Assembly: GCA_964035545.1 (NCBI GenBank)
Contig: OZ037768.1
Coordinates: forward strand, 23,283,319 to 23,347,318
Source: Bugula neritina
Lineage: Eukaryota > Animalia > Bryozoa
Direction: 5' to 3'
Length of the DNA: 64,000 bases
The position numbers and the translations under genes are program-made. Within the stretch, counting starts at the first letter, position 1. The number at the start of each line of letters is the position of its first letter. Below are positions 12,728-26,700 of this stretch, piece after piece. The notes under the pieces are model-generated. The model was given only the letters and a program-made list of their open reading frames with translations. It was not told the origin of the DNA and did not search any database.

Positions 12728-13474
12728 CATACTACACATCATAACTTTCTATATATTATATAACCTTCACTTATCTGCTATGTGAGAAACAATAATATAG
12801 GGAACTCTTATCTACTTATATTTGGTATAAAGTACATCAGTTAATAATGCACAATCAGCTGCACCCATGCAGGTTACTGAATGTACACTGTTGAGTATTC
12901 GAGGTAAAGAGTGTATATTATATGCTGACATTTCTATAATTCACCTTTTAATAACAAATGGCCAATAATAAATTTATTACAAACAAAATATTTTACATAA
13001 ATGATTTTAAGAAAAAATTATACTAACACAAATATAAAGCACCAGCTACAGGAATACTAAAGGTATGTAGTATATATAATCAATTTTACTAAAAAGAAAA
13101 AATTCAAAAAATAAAAAAGCTATTCAAATAATATGTGCAGTTGATGGAGAGTGGACTAAAAGAGAGTTCGACCTGATATAGTAGAATTTAAGCACATTAT
13201 TATAAGTTGACACGCATATAACAACTATTAAAATAACTGTATATTTACACTATAATACAATAATATAATGTTGTGTGGCATATAGTATATTATAGTATAA
13301 CATAAAATACTGTAATTACAATATAATGCAAAACATACAATATAATATAGCATATAATATGATAAAATATAAAATAATATATCATTTGTTGCACAAATTA
13401 GTGAAATAACAGATATAAGTCTATTATTGCCCATCTAAATGATATCTGTGGTATAAATAAAGAAAAATTATTAT

Positions 13475-14179
13475 TTATGATAAAATATTTTGTAGAAGAG
13501 TTTTAAAGCTTCTGGACTTATGTTTAGTCTTGTCTGAATACTCAGTGTTAGTTGAGCATGTCTCATCATGTCTGCTAGAGATTGGTGAGAAGAGAGACTG
13601 CCCGCTGACGTAGCCGCAAGTACATTTACATGTGCAGCGCTTTGGGGCAGCATTTGATGACGACTTAATACGTCGACGGCCATGTTGTTTGGAGTTGTCA
13701 CTCCACTCTGAAATGCTGTTTGACTTACTTAACCTGAGGCCAACGCCTCTAACAACAGTTGATTGTTGTGAACACTTTAAGAAGCAGCTGGAGTTTGCGT
13801 GGCCTACATTTCCATTGTGATCAACAATTTGTGGGGTGGGTTTTGAGGCGTCACACTGTGCCAGTGATGATAGCAGGCAAAGTTTTTGCATTTCTACCAT
13901 AGCAGATGTAGTGAGTGGGTTAGCTGACATAGACTGGGCTCCATAGAACACATTGAATGCTTCCTTACTCTTACTAAGGCTACAGGGTGACACACTTTTC
14001 CCGTTGTCTGGATGAATCATGATTTGGCCGGGAGGATCCATGTAGTTGTCGTGCAAGTCTGGGTGATTGCCGGCATACAGGTTCCACATGTCTCCTGATC
14101 CCACTCCCTCTGATGAACAGGAAACTATGGATGTTTTCAAGGCCATGTTTACTCTACAACAGCGCATGCAGCTGTACAC
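13475..14179 (-). CDS. Uncharacterised Ser-rich protein, large terminal exon (about 230 aa)
   Basis: 705-nt stop-free, relatively GC-rich, non-repetitive frame in very AT-rich flanks, with acceptor ACAAACAG at its 5' edge. No recognisable domain; ends in a CTCKCTCG motif and a basic tail. Its link to the upstream gene is unresolved. Confidence 0.55.
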   Translation of the reverse strand: MYSCMRCCRVNMALKTSIVSCSSEGVGSGDMWNLYAGNHPDLHDNYMDPPGQIMIHPDNGKSVSPCSLSKSKEAFNVFYGAQSMSANPLTTSAMVEMQKLCLLSSLAQCDASKPTPQIVDHNGNVGHANSSCFLKCSQQSTVVRGVGLRLSKSNSISEWSDNSKQHGRRRIKSSSNAAPKRCTCKCTCGYVSGQSLFSPISSRHDETCSTNTEYSDKTKHKSRSFKTLLQNILS

Positions 14180-15742
14180 TGTTTGTGACAGTAATATTAT
14201 TCGTTAGTTAGTTATAAGGAATGTACTGCAAATAATAGCTCATTATACAAAACCAATTAGTAAATTGTTTTTCTCACTTGATTATTTCACAAATTGGTAT
14301 ACATTATAAACTTTTGTTGAAGAATCTTGAATTTTAGAACAAAAAAACATAAAACATTTTTAAGCTTGCAGCCTTAATTAATATTGATGATGAAACAATT
14401 TATAGTAGCAATTATAATTATTATTATATAAAAAGAAAACTTTAGCAAGTGATATATTTAAGATAATAAAATGTGTAAAACACAGTGAATTGCAGTTAAT
14501 AGTTGGTATATACTAGGCATATGCATGTACATTATATAATAATTATTGTATCAAAAATTTACCTTTTCTCTTGTTGCTGGTCTACGCAGTTGTAACAGGT
14601 ATAATGTTACCATTTTTCAATCAAAAGCATTCTATATTCCATAAGTGACTGCATTGTTGATCTTTGAAGGGCTGTTGAAACAAGGGTTTAAAAGCAATTA
14701 TCCAATCTTTGTTTTGAAAGTGTTTTATTTTAAACTAGTCTATTGAGTTTGTTCAATATACACTGTTATACACTGTAGTGTTGACATTTAGTTGTTGTTC
14801 AAATACATGAGCTTGTATGGTGCCTATGGTAGAACAGCCTATAATTGTGAGAAAATGTAGCCTAATTTTCTGTAACACTACAGGCTACAAAAACTGAATG
14901 ACGACAATTAAGAATTGTGCAAACTATTGCCAAATTGGATAAATTTATTATGCAACACGGAAAATATTATTTAGTTCTGGAAAAACCACCTTTGCTTGGC
15001 CATTCCATCCAGGCTTAGAAATTTCCATAACATGACTGATAGGACACTTTGGGTTGTGTTGTTGCCATTGGATACGAGTAACTTGAAAAATCTTCAGTTA
15101 ATGTAAATGCGTTGATACTGTTAAGAGGCTCAGTGCAAAACTTTTCTGACAAGTTCATATTGATTTTAGGACTAGATAAGAGAAAAGTATTTCAAATATC
15201 AATTAGTGACTGCCCTGTGCAGTTCAGCTGGATCTCTTCGTCTCTTAACTCTCGCTTTCCTACATCATAGGCTCTGATTACATGTGTACAGAACATATAT
15301 AACAATAATAACGCATATTCCAATATAAACAGCAGTGCATGGGTAGTTTCTATGTTTAAACAGCTGTGCCTTAGGCCTTAGAGCATACATTTAGAATATG
15401 CCACCAGCACATAACAGTCAAACTGCAGAGCAAGGAAATGGTCCTGAAAAATGATTAATTTAAAAAGAAATGCAATGATGAAAAAGAGCACAACAAAATT
15501 TATTTTATAAAAATTATAGAAAATCATTTCAACAACAGATATTAACAAAAGTTTCAACAGATAAAAACATTAGGAATCAAACAGTTCATTTTAGTTACAA
15601 CTCCTATTTATAGAGCTGTGTGTAGCAACAGCATTTTTACATTTTTTTGTATGACTTAATCTTTTAGTTGGCATGGAATTAGTACATATTGCATGATGCA
15701 TTGAGTTAATATTATATTAGTTGCAGGGTTTTGTTGGATATT

Positions 15743-18481
15743 CTAGTTGTCCTCGTGGTGTTCCACCATAAGTTTGAACAGCTCCACACGGAGTAACTCA
15801 ATGGTGACCATGTTGTCTTTTATGATACACTTCTGGTGCTTGTTGACTACCAACATTTCTGCATTCTTAGTTTCCAGTTCGTAAACTACAAGTTGATAAA
15901 GGGCAGACAATCTTACATCACATGGTGATTATATGAAAATATAGCAGTAAAAAATGCATGGGGCAGACAACTTTTACCACTTGTCTTTATAAACTAGGAA
16001 AACCGAATGAACAAACTGAATAAAAAGCTGACATGTTAAAAGTCAACCAATAAGAGCTCAGGTAATAACCAAACATGTTTATTTTATAAACATTGGAATT
16101 TTCCACTGATGAATATAAACATTGTGTATTACATATTAGTAAGGAAGTAGAGTTATAGGTATTAAGTTAGCATTGCCTTATAACTTATAATGGTTATATA
16201 TATTTTAAAATACTTTTTATATAAAAAGATACATTAATTATATCTATAATATAAGAACAAAATAATACATCTTATCATATATTCAATCCATCAATAATAT
16301 GCCCACAACTCAGTAACTATATACATATACTACATCTACCACTCTATGCACCATATATAACTCTATAAATTATATATACACACTCTATTTACCATACTAT
16401 GCAGTACCGGCCATCAACCTTATACACACTCTATTTACTATACATAATATAAACCCTATCTACAATTCTATGACCATATATACACACTATCAACTCTAAT
16501 ACAATACCTTTCCTCAAGAGTTGCTGCTGATGCCTCTGACAGTTCCTGACCTGTTCCTGGACAATGCTGACACTCTCTGTCAGCTGACTAATCTTAGACA
16601 TGCAGCCTCGACGTCGTCTAACGTGTTCAGCATGCATCTCTTCTGTCTCAGTCACTTTCTTCTCCAGCTCCCGTATTCTAGTCTACGTGAACAGATGAGA
16701 AGACAACTCAATAACTCTGAAGAGTTCCATTTCAAAATAAACACATTTATTTTAATATAATTGTAGATGAACACACTTTACGGTTTTGAAGCGGAAGTTC
16801 ATGTAGAATTATAAAGCCCTTTTTACATGTATGTTATAATAGTAAGCGTTTCAGTTTATTGGACAAAATCTAAGACTTGAACTATTGCCTCTGTAAGCAA
16901 AGGCACGTGAATGAGTTGTCCTAAACCAGGATACGTCCCGTTGTGTTACAGATAAAGCAGTTGAGTGTTGAGCAGAAGTTTTCTAAAAAGTTTACATGAT
17001 TTTCTATTTCAACGGAAACACCAAAGGTATTCATCACGTTATAGCAAATAACAGAAAAACAATGTTTAATATCAAAATAATATATAAAGTAACATAAAGC
17101 AGCCTGTGTGAATTGAGATAATGGCAAATGAAGAACATACAATGATATAAGTAGCAATGTGATAATATAACAGTAGCGACAATATATACTGTTATAAATG
17201 TTATATGAATATACAGCATAGTGCTAGCTAATAGACACCATTATACAGTGTATAATATAATGCATATACATAATATACTGTAGACATGAATATTAGTTAT
17301 TATACACATGTTATATAAACACACAAATATACATACAGTAGCAATCTCATTCTTCTTAAGCAGTTCCTGTGTATATGGTTTCATATACTCCAAATGCTGT
17401 TTTTCTTGTCTCTGAAATATACGCACATTAAAGTCTCAACAGAAGGGAAATGTTTTAAAAAATGTCATCAAATGAATTTTAGTTTGTTATATTATGGATT
17501 TATTGCTTTTATGTTGCATTTATGAAGACAATTTTACTGCACTGATTTGGGGCTTGTGAAAATCATATGTAATTTTCATTTATTATAATAACCATGGAAT
17601 TCATTTTGAATAGAAACTATAAAAAATATTTTGAAAATATAAACACAATAAATACATGTTTACAATATAATACTTTTATATATATTAGGTTTATGTAATT
17701 CCAACATACAAAGTCAACTTATATTGTGATTACTTTGAATAAAACAAGGCTAGACGTAAATGTAACACACTGACCAGCTGATTTAGAACAGCCTTGGCTG
17801 AAATACAATCCAAACATTCTTCTGCAGATTTAGCAGAGCTTGAGACTGTAGATTCGCTCTCCTAAATGAATATCTGCAGATATCAGTTACACAAGTATGA
17901 TATATATCTGGTTTATTGATTCGTAATTATTCTTGCTAAAATGCATAGAAAAATTAAAGTGTGTAATCTTGTTTAAAAGTATTTGATAAAATAAGCAGTG
18001 ACTTTTATTGGGAGTATTTTATATTATTAATAACTAATGACAGAGCACATTTTACCTTATTAATTTTACTGGAATATTCCAAAGTTTCAGCTACTGTAGA
18101 CTTCAATCTGAAATTCTCATTCTGCAAAATGATGAATTATTATGAACTGGATGATGTATTGCATATGATATAGACACAAAGATTTTATAAAGAAAATGCC
18201 GGAATATGTTGTTCAAACTCACATGTAAAGCTTAAAAATATAATAATTTTTATAGAGCGTCAAAAAACTTGTTACATATTAAATAGCTTACTTGTATACG
18301 AATTATTTAGCGATAGTATGCATTTGATCTGCAATTATACCTGTAACTGACTATTAACGTCACAAAGGTGCTGTAGATTTTGTGACAGATTAACAAATTG
18401 AGTTCGAAGAGCTTGTCCATTGCAAGAGATTTTAATCAGCTCTTCACTATCAAGCTGTTGCTCATTGCCATCAGAGTCCAT
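15743..18481 (-). CDS. Uncharacterised coiled-coil protein, about 7 coding exons
   Basis: Phase-consistent exons at approx. 18481-18341, 18121-18056, 17861-17775, 17411-17337, 16982-16935, 16680-16509 and 15885-15743. Heptad-like E/K/Q/L segments (LQHLCDVNSQLQNENFRLKSTVAE; TRIRELEKKVTETEE; VYELETKNAEML). Probable leader exon near 19235-19285. Confidence 0.65.
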
Positions 18482-20192
18482 GTCACATAAAATTTGTCTC
18501 TGTAAAAATAGAGGGTAAATCAAACTGAAGGTTTGCTGGAGGACAACTATGCTAAATGTTTACCTCCAAGAATTATTTCAATTGCTACATCCATTAACTA
18601 AATTTCACATAATCTTAAAGTAAAACCTTTTATAGTTACCAAGTGTTACCACCATGTTATTATTATAACATCATTAATTATCACCACAACTAAATAGCTA
18701 GATAAAATAGGAATTGCTCTAGTCTAACTTGAAATACATATAATTATAACCAAGCTAGATATACAGCCTATATCAAGTTTGTGTTAAGAATCCCTAGCAC
18801 ACTTCACCTATGCAATATTAAAATATTTATGGAGCCTTTTCTGTTATGCGTAGTTAAAACCAGCACATAAAAATACCATGTATAGTAAATTTCAATTGAT
18901 TTTGAGCAAACTTTAATGTTAGATCATAAGTTGCTGGTGTGTACTGAATGAGGTAAACTGACTCATATATATCTCAGCTATTATCCAGCTTTATAATAAT
19001 TGATTATCTCTGGAGGTGCATTTTAATTTTTACTTAGAGTTACTGTTAGTGAGCCGACAGTGTGAGACTGAGTGTATTAAAATGTAAAAAAATTCTTGCT
19101 AAAATATAGCTGATAGTATTCTCTTATTAAAGTTTATTAAACTAAAGTATTTGAAAAACTTATATTTTAAATTTTCACTATTTAAAAGTTTGAGATGGTA
19201 AGTCCTTGTAAATTTAGAGTTATAGTAATATTACCAGTAGGCTCTTTTCTCGATGAGCAATTTGTTCTGCTGCGTAAAAATATTAGCTGTGTTTTTATCT
19301 CAATTGAACGAGTGGTCGTGCTACATTTCAAGATTATCAACATAAAAGTAACAAGACAACGTGTGTGAAACACAGGTTATAACGCTGTGTCGGCAAGCTG
19401 CAAAGAAGCTCTATATAAGAAATTAGAAAAGTTGATCTGGTTGACACAATAAATGTTATAGCCTCTTCTCCCAAGAAAACCTCTATTAATTAGAACAATA
19501 AATTACAGAAATCCACAGAACGTTAAGTTTTTTCAACCAACAATATATTTTCTAGGGCTACGATAAAAAAAGCGAGACAGAAGAAAATTATAATAATAAT
19601 TGCAATGAAAAATTATTAGTTCTTACGAGTGTCAATTATGATTATCATAATCACTCGTGTTGTCATTACGATTTTGTTAAAATAAATGTCACATTTAATG
19701 ATTAATTTTAATTTTACTTTAAATAATCACGATTTTTAAAACAACTATATCAATATGAATCAGAATTAGAATGTCAATATGCGTTTTATCTCATGTTCCC
19801 AAAAACTCAGTAACTTTTTTGTTGAGAAAGCCTGAGACGTAGGACGGCCCGATGAGGTGTTACTGTTAGTGTTACTAACTACCTGAGTTACTGATAGTGT
19901 TACACTCAGATTTATAGTTACCGCGTTAACTTAAGCAACTTTCGAAGGATGAGTTAAACTTAAAGATTGAATAATTGATATACTAATACTGTAATAGTAG
20001 AGTAATAGTAATACTTATTACTAGTACTTACTCGTAGTCTTAGTCTTATCTGAGTTGTCATAGTGGCACTGAATCTCAGAGTCAGTGACTATCAGTATGA
20101 GATGTTTATGAGTATGAGTATCAGAATCCACTTTATTCAGATACATGAAAAATGTAATATAGTCTGCATACTGATGCTTAAGTTAATATATT

Positions 20193-20413
20193 AAAAAAAC
20201 TTACGAAATTTTATAGTCGCTATCACTGTGAAAAACCCCTGATGGAAAGGGTTTTTTGTTAAAGCAGGCTAAGGACCTATTCAGATGAGGCACAGGAGCA
20301 ATTATGACTATATGCTCATCCTAGCATCACCAATGGCCTTTGTCGGGTTCGAACCCATGACTTAGTGTTCACAAAGCAAATGCTTTAACCCCTAGCACCA
20401 CGGTTGCTCCCTC
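20193..20413 (-). mobile_element. tRNA-derived SINE (copy 1)
   Basis: A-box-like TGGTGCTAGGGG and B box GGTTCGAACCC. Aligns over about 210 bp with the copy at 43284-43507. Flanked by a 13-bp target-site duplication, AAGTTAATATATT (20180-20192) / AAGTTAATACATT (20414-20426). Confidence 0.85.
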
Positions 20414-20741
20414 AAGTTAATACATTCAATTGATTTTTAATTGAATATAGCCAGGAGCCTTCTTATTTAATTAAACTATATAACTTCATATAGTGAAGCT
20501 GGTGAGGCTGACTTGATCAAAAATTCTACTCTAAAGATGATAGATAATAATGAAATTGCAACTCACGATGACTTGCGATTTAGTGAAAATACTAAAATGA
20601 ATATCTTTATACTTCAACACTTCAGTAACGGGAGAGAATGGTAAATTGTGCCAAGTGCTGAAATGTAACTTTATTTTGTAGAAGACAATTATTTGAATCT
20701 TCACACCTTCTCTTCTCATACCGGGCGTTTAGCAGCTCAAA

Positions 20742-23700
20742 ATGTCGTCTAATGTAAGTCACTATATTTAATTTAATTCATTATCCAGCTCATTGTTTAC
20801 TGTGTATTTAATTTTGTGAAACTATTTATGAAAATTATTTACTCATTTCATTTTAAAGTTTGTATCAACATTGAAATAAATCATATCCAATGTAAAATCT
20901 AATGTTAAAGCAATTTTTTTGTCATCTAGCAGTGTCTAGGCACTGGTATCGCAGTTTAATTGATCTATGACATAGGTCTACAATATGCCACCAATTTGGC
21001 AGCACCATCCCAAGGACTGATCCACATTCAGCAATATAAATTGTTTTTATATTATTGCTTTAAAAGTTTGGAAGTATTGAAGGGGCCTAATTTGAAATGC
21101 AATACTCAATAGTAAAGCTCACAAGTTGCTTTTATTAAATTTTCATTGTTGTCATTGTATCATATTGTATATCATGTATCATACTATAGTATCTATCATA
21201 TAATATCACTGTATTTATACTGCTATATAGAACTCTCTTATCTCCATGTGTTGACAGATGTATGGTATAGTTAAAACGGTTCACCAACCAACCGCTGTAG
21301 ACGACTGCTGTTCCTGTAAGTTCTTTAACAACCAGGAGGAGAACCTGGTTGTGGCCTGTGCCAATTGGTTGAAAGTATATCGAGTTGTTGCTGGTGAAGC
21401 GAGTCCTTCAGGTTCGTCTTTCATCTTCTGCTTCAAGAAAACTGGATAAGTTCTAAAAATATTTCCTTTATGAGATGAGGGAAATTTTCTTGAATGAGAT
21501 CTGAATTATACCAGTTTTGGTAGTTTAAATGTTTTCTCAAAGATTCGATGTAGTTTGTTTTTAGCAACGTCTTTGAAGCTGCGCAGGACGTTGCTTTTGT
21601 AATATGTATAAGTTGTTGAACTGTAATGCATTTTGGTTTTCTGCTGCCTGACAGATAATCTATTTTTAGACACTGGCAGCGTCGGTGGTAAGCAGAAGTT
21701 AGAGTGTGTAGTATCATATCATCTGTTTGGTAACATAGTGTCTGTATCAGCCCTGTGTTTACCCTGGAAGGCGAGGGATATTATATTAATGTCATTCAAA
21801 GATGCCAAGGTACTTTCTTCTTCATACTGTAATTTTTTTCTAAAATAGAAATGACATAGTTTAAAGATTTTCTAAATGCCAATGGATTGGTGAATTCAAC
21901 CATTATAGCGCTTTATGTATTATAAAAATGTATTTTAAATGGCAGCGAAACAAAAATATGCAAAAAATGTGTCATTTAAACCTACGCTACACATTTATAA
22001 CACTTTAGTCTTTATAAAACATGGCTTGCATATTTCATACAACAGCATATGGGTTCAATAGTGCTCATGCTTTTAGTGATGTGGAAAAAGCTAATTAGGA
22101 GAACATCATAAAAGGAATTGTATTTTATCATGTGACTGGATCATTTTACAACAATTGCCAGATTAAACTATTATATGCTAATCAGTTTGTTTATTTTATT
22201 TGAAGTTGTATTGTTTTAATTTTAATATTGGTGTTTTATATTTTTATATTCATACCTAATGTGTCATGTAATTTTACTTTATGCAACGCAAGATTTAGTT
22301 TAATGTAATAAAAGTAATTGTAAATTATAAAATCATTTAAATAGGAAAATAAAAAATAACAAGTATAAAAACAATAATAATTCCAATTCCAATAAACTAT
22401 GAAGTAATGTAGTTTATTATGAAATAATGAAATATGCATTGAGATAGTAAGAAGCTGTCATGTGATTTAGATACAATAAATATATAATATAAATACAATA
22501 AATATGTAATATAAATACAATAAATATGTAATATAAATACAGTAAATATGTAATATAAATACAATAAATATATAATATAAATACAATAAATATGTAATAT
22601 AAATACAGTAAATATGTAATATAAATACAATAAATATATAATATAAATACAATAAATATATAATATAGATACAATAAATATGTAATATAGATATTTCCTT
22701 GTAGCTGTCAGTTGTGGAATACGACCCTCACACCAGGGATATTGTCACACTCTCTCTTCACTACTTTGAGGAAGATGACCTCAAGGTATGCTATACCCTA
22801 TGATATAGAGGTGAAGGTCGTAGTACTGGTTGTCATGGTAACACAAATGTAAACATGTGGCTCAATGTTTTATAATAACCTCTGGTATTATTTGAAGTCT
22901 TCAACTTGGTTCACTTTAATACACGATTTATTGTATTAGGATTAATAGCTTTAGAAGTTTTATCAGTGTTTATGGACACAGTTTTGCTTCGCCATATTTG
23001 TTGGTGTTTATCAAAATATGTAAATTTTTATAATACAATGTATTTTGCCAACTATGCCTCACCTCTTTGTAGATATATTTTGTTACTCATTTTCTTCTGT
23101 CATGTTCTCTCTCCGAGACTTCATATTCACTGTCTGTTACAGAGTGGACTCTACAGTAACTTCATATCACTGTCTGTTACAGAGTGGACTCTACAGTAAC
23201 TTCATATTCACTGTCTGTTACAGAGTGGACTCTACAGTAACTTCATATCATTGTCTGTTACAGAGTGGACTCTACAGTAACTTCAAGAAGCCCGTAGTCA
23301 GAATAGATCCCGACCTCCGCTGCGCCGCCATGTTGGTTTACGGCTGCCAACTCATCATATTTCCTTTTAAGAAAGATGCTGCCGCGGACGGGTCTGCAGT
23401 GAGGTACGGCAGCTACCCAAACCCACCATGTTTTATAATGTGTCCTAAAGTTTTGATATGTTGTTGACATTTTAGTGCAACTATTACGCCATCCGTAGAT
23501 TTCCATCTTTTTCTCTTACCTTTACACCTGATATTATTACTGTAAATACTTCTAAATTATGAGCTCTATATATGGCTCTAAATTTATGTCAGTTTGCATT
23601 ATGCCAGCTGGTGGTCGCAGCATATAATAACTTGTTGAAAAATACACTATATGTCATATTGTTATACTCAAGGGCTTCTTACAAGGTACATGTAGTAACT

Positions 23701-26700
23701 CAATGTGGGAACAGTATGGGTTTTTGGGATTTGTCCCCCCATTAACACAACACAGACAACTCTTCTCTCTACAATTGATATTTATTTTCTTCTAGCAAGT
23801 CTCCATTTGCTCCGTCATACATCATAGATCTTTCTAAAATGGAGGAGAAAATCCACAATGTTGTGGACATGCAGTTCCTACAGGGCTACTATGAGCCCAC
23901 CCTCTTTATCCTCTATGAGCCGATAAGAACCTGGGTTGGGTAAGTCATGGTGTGTCAATTGTGTTTATTGTTCTCTCTTGTATATACAACACACCTCTCT
24001 ATTATATAATATATACCACCCCTTTCTCTCTCTTGTATATACAACACACCTCTCTATTATATAATATATACCACACCTTTCTCTCTCTTGTATATACAAC
24101 ACACCTCTCTATTATATAATATATACCACCCCTTTCTCTCTCTTGTATATACAACACACCTCTCTATTATATAATATATACCACCCCTTTCTCTCTCTTG
24201 TATATACAAAACACCTCTCTATTATATAATATATACCACCCCTTTCTCTCTCTTGTATATACAACACACCTCTCTATTATATAATATATACCACCCCTCT
24301 CTCTCTTGTATGTACAACACACCTCTCTATTATATAATATATACCACCTCTTTCTCTCTCTTGTATGTACAACACACCTCTCTATTATATAACATATACC
24401 ACACCTTTCTCTCTCTCTTGTATGTACAACACACCTCTCTATCATATAATATATACCACCCCTTTCTCTCTCTTATATATACAACACACCTCTCTATTAT
24501 ATAATATATACCACACCTTTCTCTCTCTTGTATATACAACACACCACTCTATTATATAACATATACCACCCCTTTCTCTCTCTTGTATATACAACACACC
24601 TCTCTATTATATAATATATACCACACCTTTCTCACTCTGGTATAAAACACACCTCTCTATTATATAATATATACCACCCCTCTCTCTCTCTTGTATGTAC
24701 ATATATCTACTTCAGCCGGCTGCCCACCAGGAAGGACACGTGTAGACTGGCTACTCTGTCTCTCAACATGCAGGAAAAAGTTCACCCTGTCATCTGGTCT
24801 CTGGACAATCTCCCATACGACTGTCAGAAGGCTTTACCTCTGCCTAAACCTACCGGTTAGCTCCTCGTCTCAGCCATCTTGTTTATTTACCATTTTAATA
24901 TCACAACTAGTTATTCTCCTAAGTATGTTCTTCAGCTAAGGGTTTGATGTTGTGAAGCTAGAATGTGTTATCGTTCGATAGTTCAATGTGGTCTGTAAAC
25001 CAAAACATCTCTTTTCACTTCGTTGCAATGCTTACTTGCATTTTGTCCAATATATTAATAGAAAATCTGTTGTGGTACTTGATATGTTGAAAATGCTGCT
25101 TTTATTGCATTTGTATTACCAGGTGGTGTTTTGGTATTCACTGTGAGCTCGGTCATCTATTTGAATCAAAATGTTCCACCATACGCTGTCTCGCTGCTGA
25201 ACGCCGGGGACCATGTGACTAATTTCCCTATGAGTAAGTATCAGCTTCTGTGTTCCTACAATACACTTTGATGTGTACTGCAGTGTAGGGCAATGTACTG
25301 CAGTGTAGTGCAATGTACTGTATTGTACTGCAGTGTAGGGCAATGTACTGCAGTGTAGTGCAATGTACTGTATTGTACTGCAGTGTAGTGCAATGTACTG
25401 CAGTGTACTGTAATGTAGTGCAATGTACTGTATTGTACTGCAGTGTAGGGCAATGTACTGCAGTGTAGGGCAATGTACTGTATTGTACTGCAGTGTAGTG
25501 CAATGTACTGCAGTGTACTGTAATGTAGTGCAATGTACTGTATTGTACTGCGGTGTAGTGCAGTGTAGGGCAATGTACTGCAGTGTAGTGCAATGTACTG
25601 TATTGTACTGCAGTGTAGGGCAATGTACTGCAGTGTAGTGCAATGTACTGTATTGTACTGCAGTGTAGTGCAATGTACTGCAGTGTACTGTAATGTAGTG
25701 CAATGTACTGTATTGTACTGCGGTGTACTGCAGTGTAGTGCATTGTAAGGCATTTTATTATTTTGCTGCCCTCAATTGTATAAAACAATCCTTCAGTTTT
25801 ATATCCAATATTCTTGTGCTATTGCCACTGTTGGTATATCCATGCATCATTCATTATGCTTATGTTAGAACTTCACCATGTAAAAGGAGTGTAGATGAAG
25901 GGGTTTGAACTGTCATCTATAATGTTATAACATACGATAATCTGGTAAATCTACCAGCGTGTCAGCACTGTGCACGTATAATACATACTAATTACAGTAT
26001 TATACAAACTATACATAATAATTACAGTATTATACCAACTATACATACTAATTACAGTATTATACCAACTATACATACTAATTACAGTATTATACATACA
26101 ATACATACTAATTACAGTATTATACATACAATACATACTAATTACAGTATTATACAAAATATACACACTAATTACAGTATTATACAAACTATACATACTA
26201 ATTACAGTATTATACAAAATATACATACTAATTACAGTATTATACAAACTATGCATACTAATTACAGTATTATACAAACTATACATACTAATTACAGTAT
26301 TATACAAACTATACATACTAATTACAGTATTATACATACAATACATACTAATTAGTATCATTGCAGAGGCCCAGGAGTCTGTTGCTATCATGTTGGACAA
26401 CTCCCACGTCTGTCTGCTCTCCAGTAACCAGGCTGTCATATCCACCAAGTCCGGGGAAATGTAAGTCATAAGTTTCTTGGATATTTTTTATTTGGAGTTG
26501 TCTGCCAGATGCGTATTTTCTCTTCTAAAACTAATTGAAGCACGTGTTGTGGCAAATTCATTGAGAGTTGTGTTCTTCTATTAAAGAACATGTTTAATGT
26601 CTGTTGGCAATTTGTTAACTGAAGTCAAGTAATGTATTTCATCATGGACTGAGGTGTTTGGTTTATTGTCAGTCACTCAACATATGCTCTGTATGCATTA

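Noticed and set aside
22236-26469. Many periodic ORFs (YLYYIF, ERCVVH, LHCSTLQY, YNTVISM)
   Set aside because: All derive from intronic tandem repeats within CPSF1.
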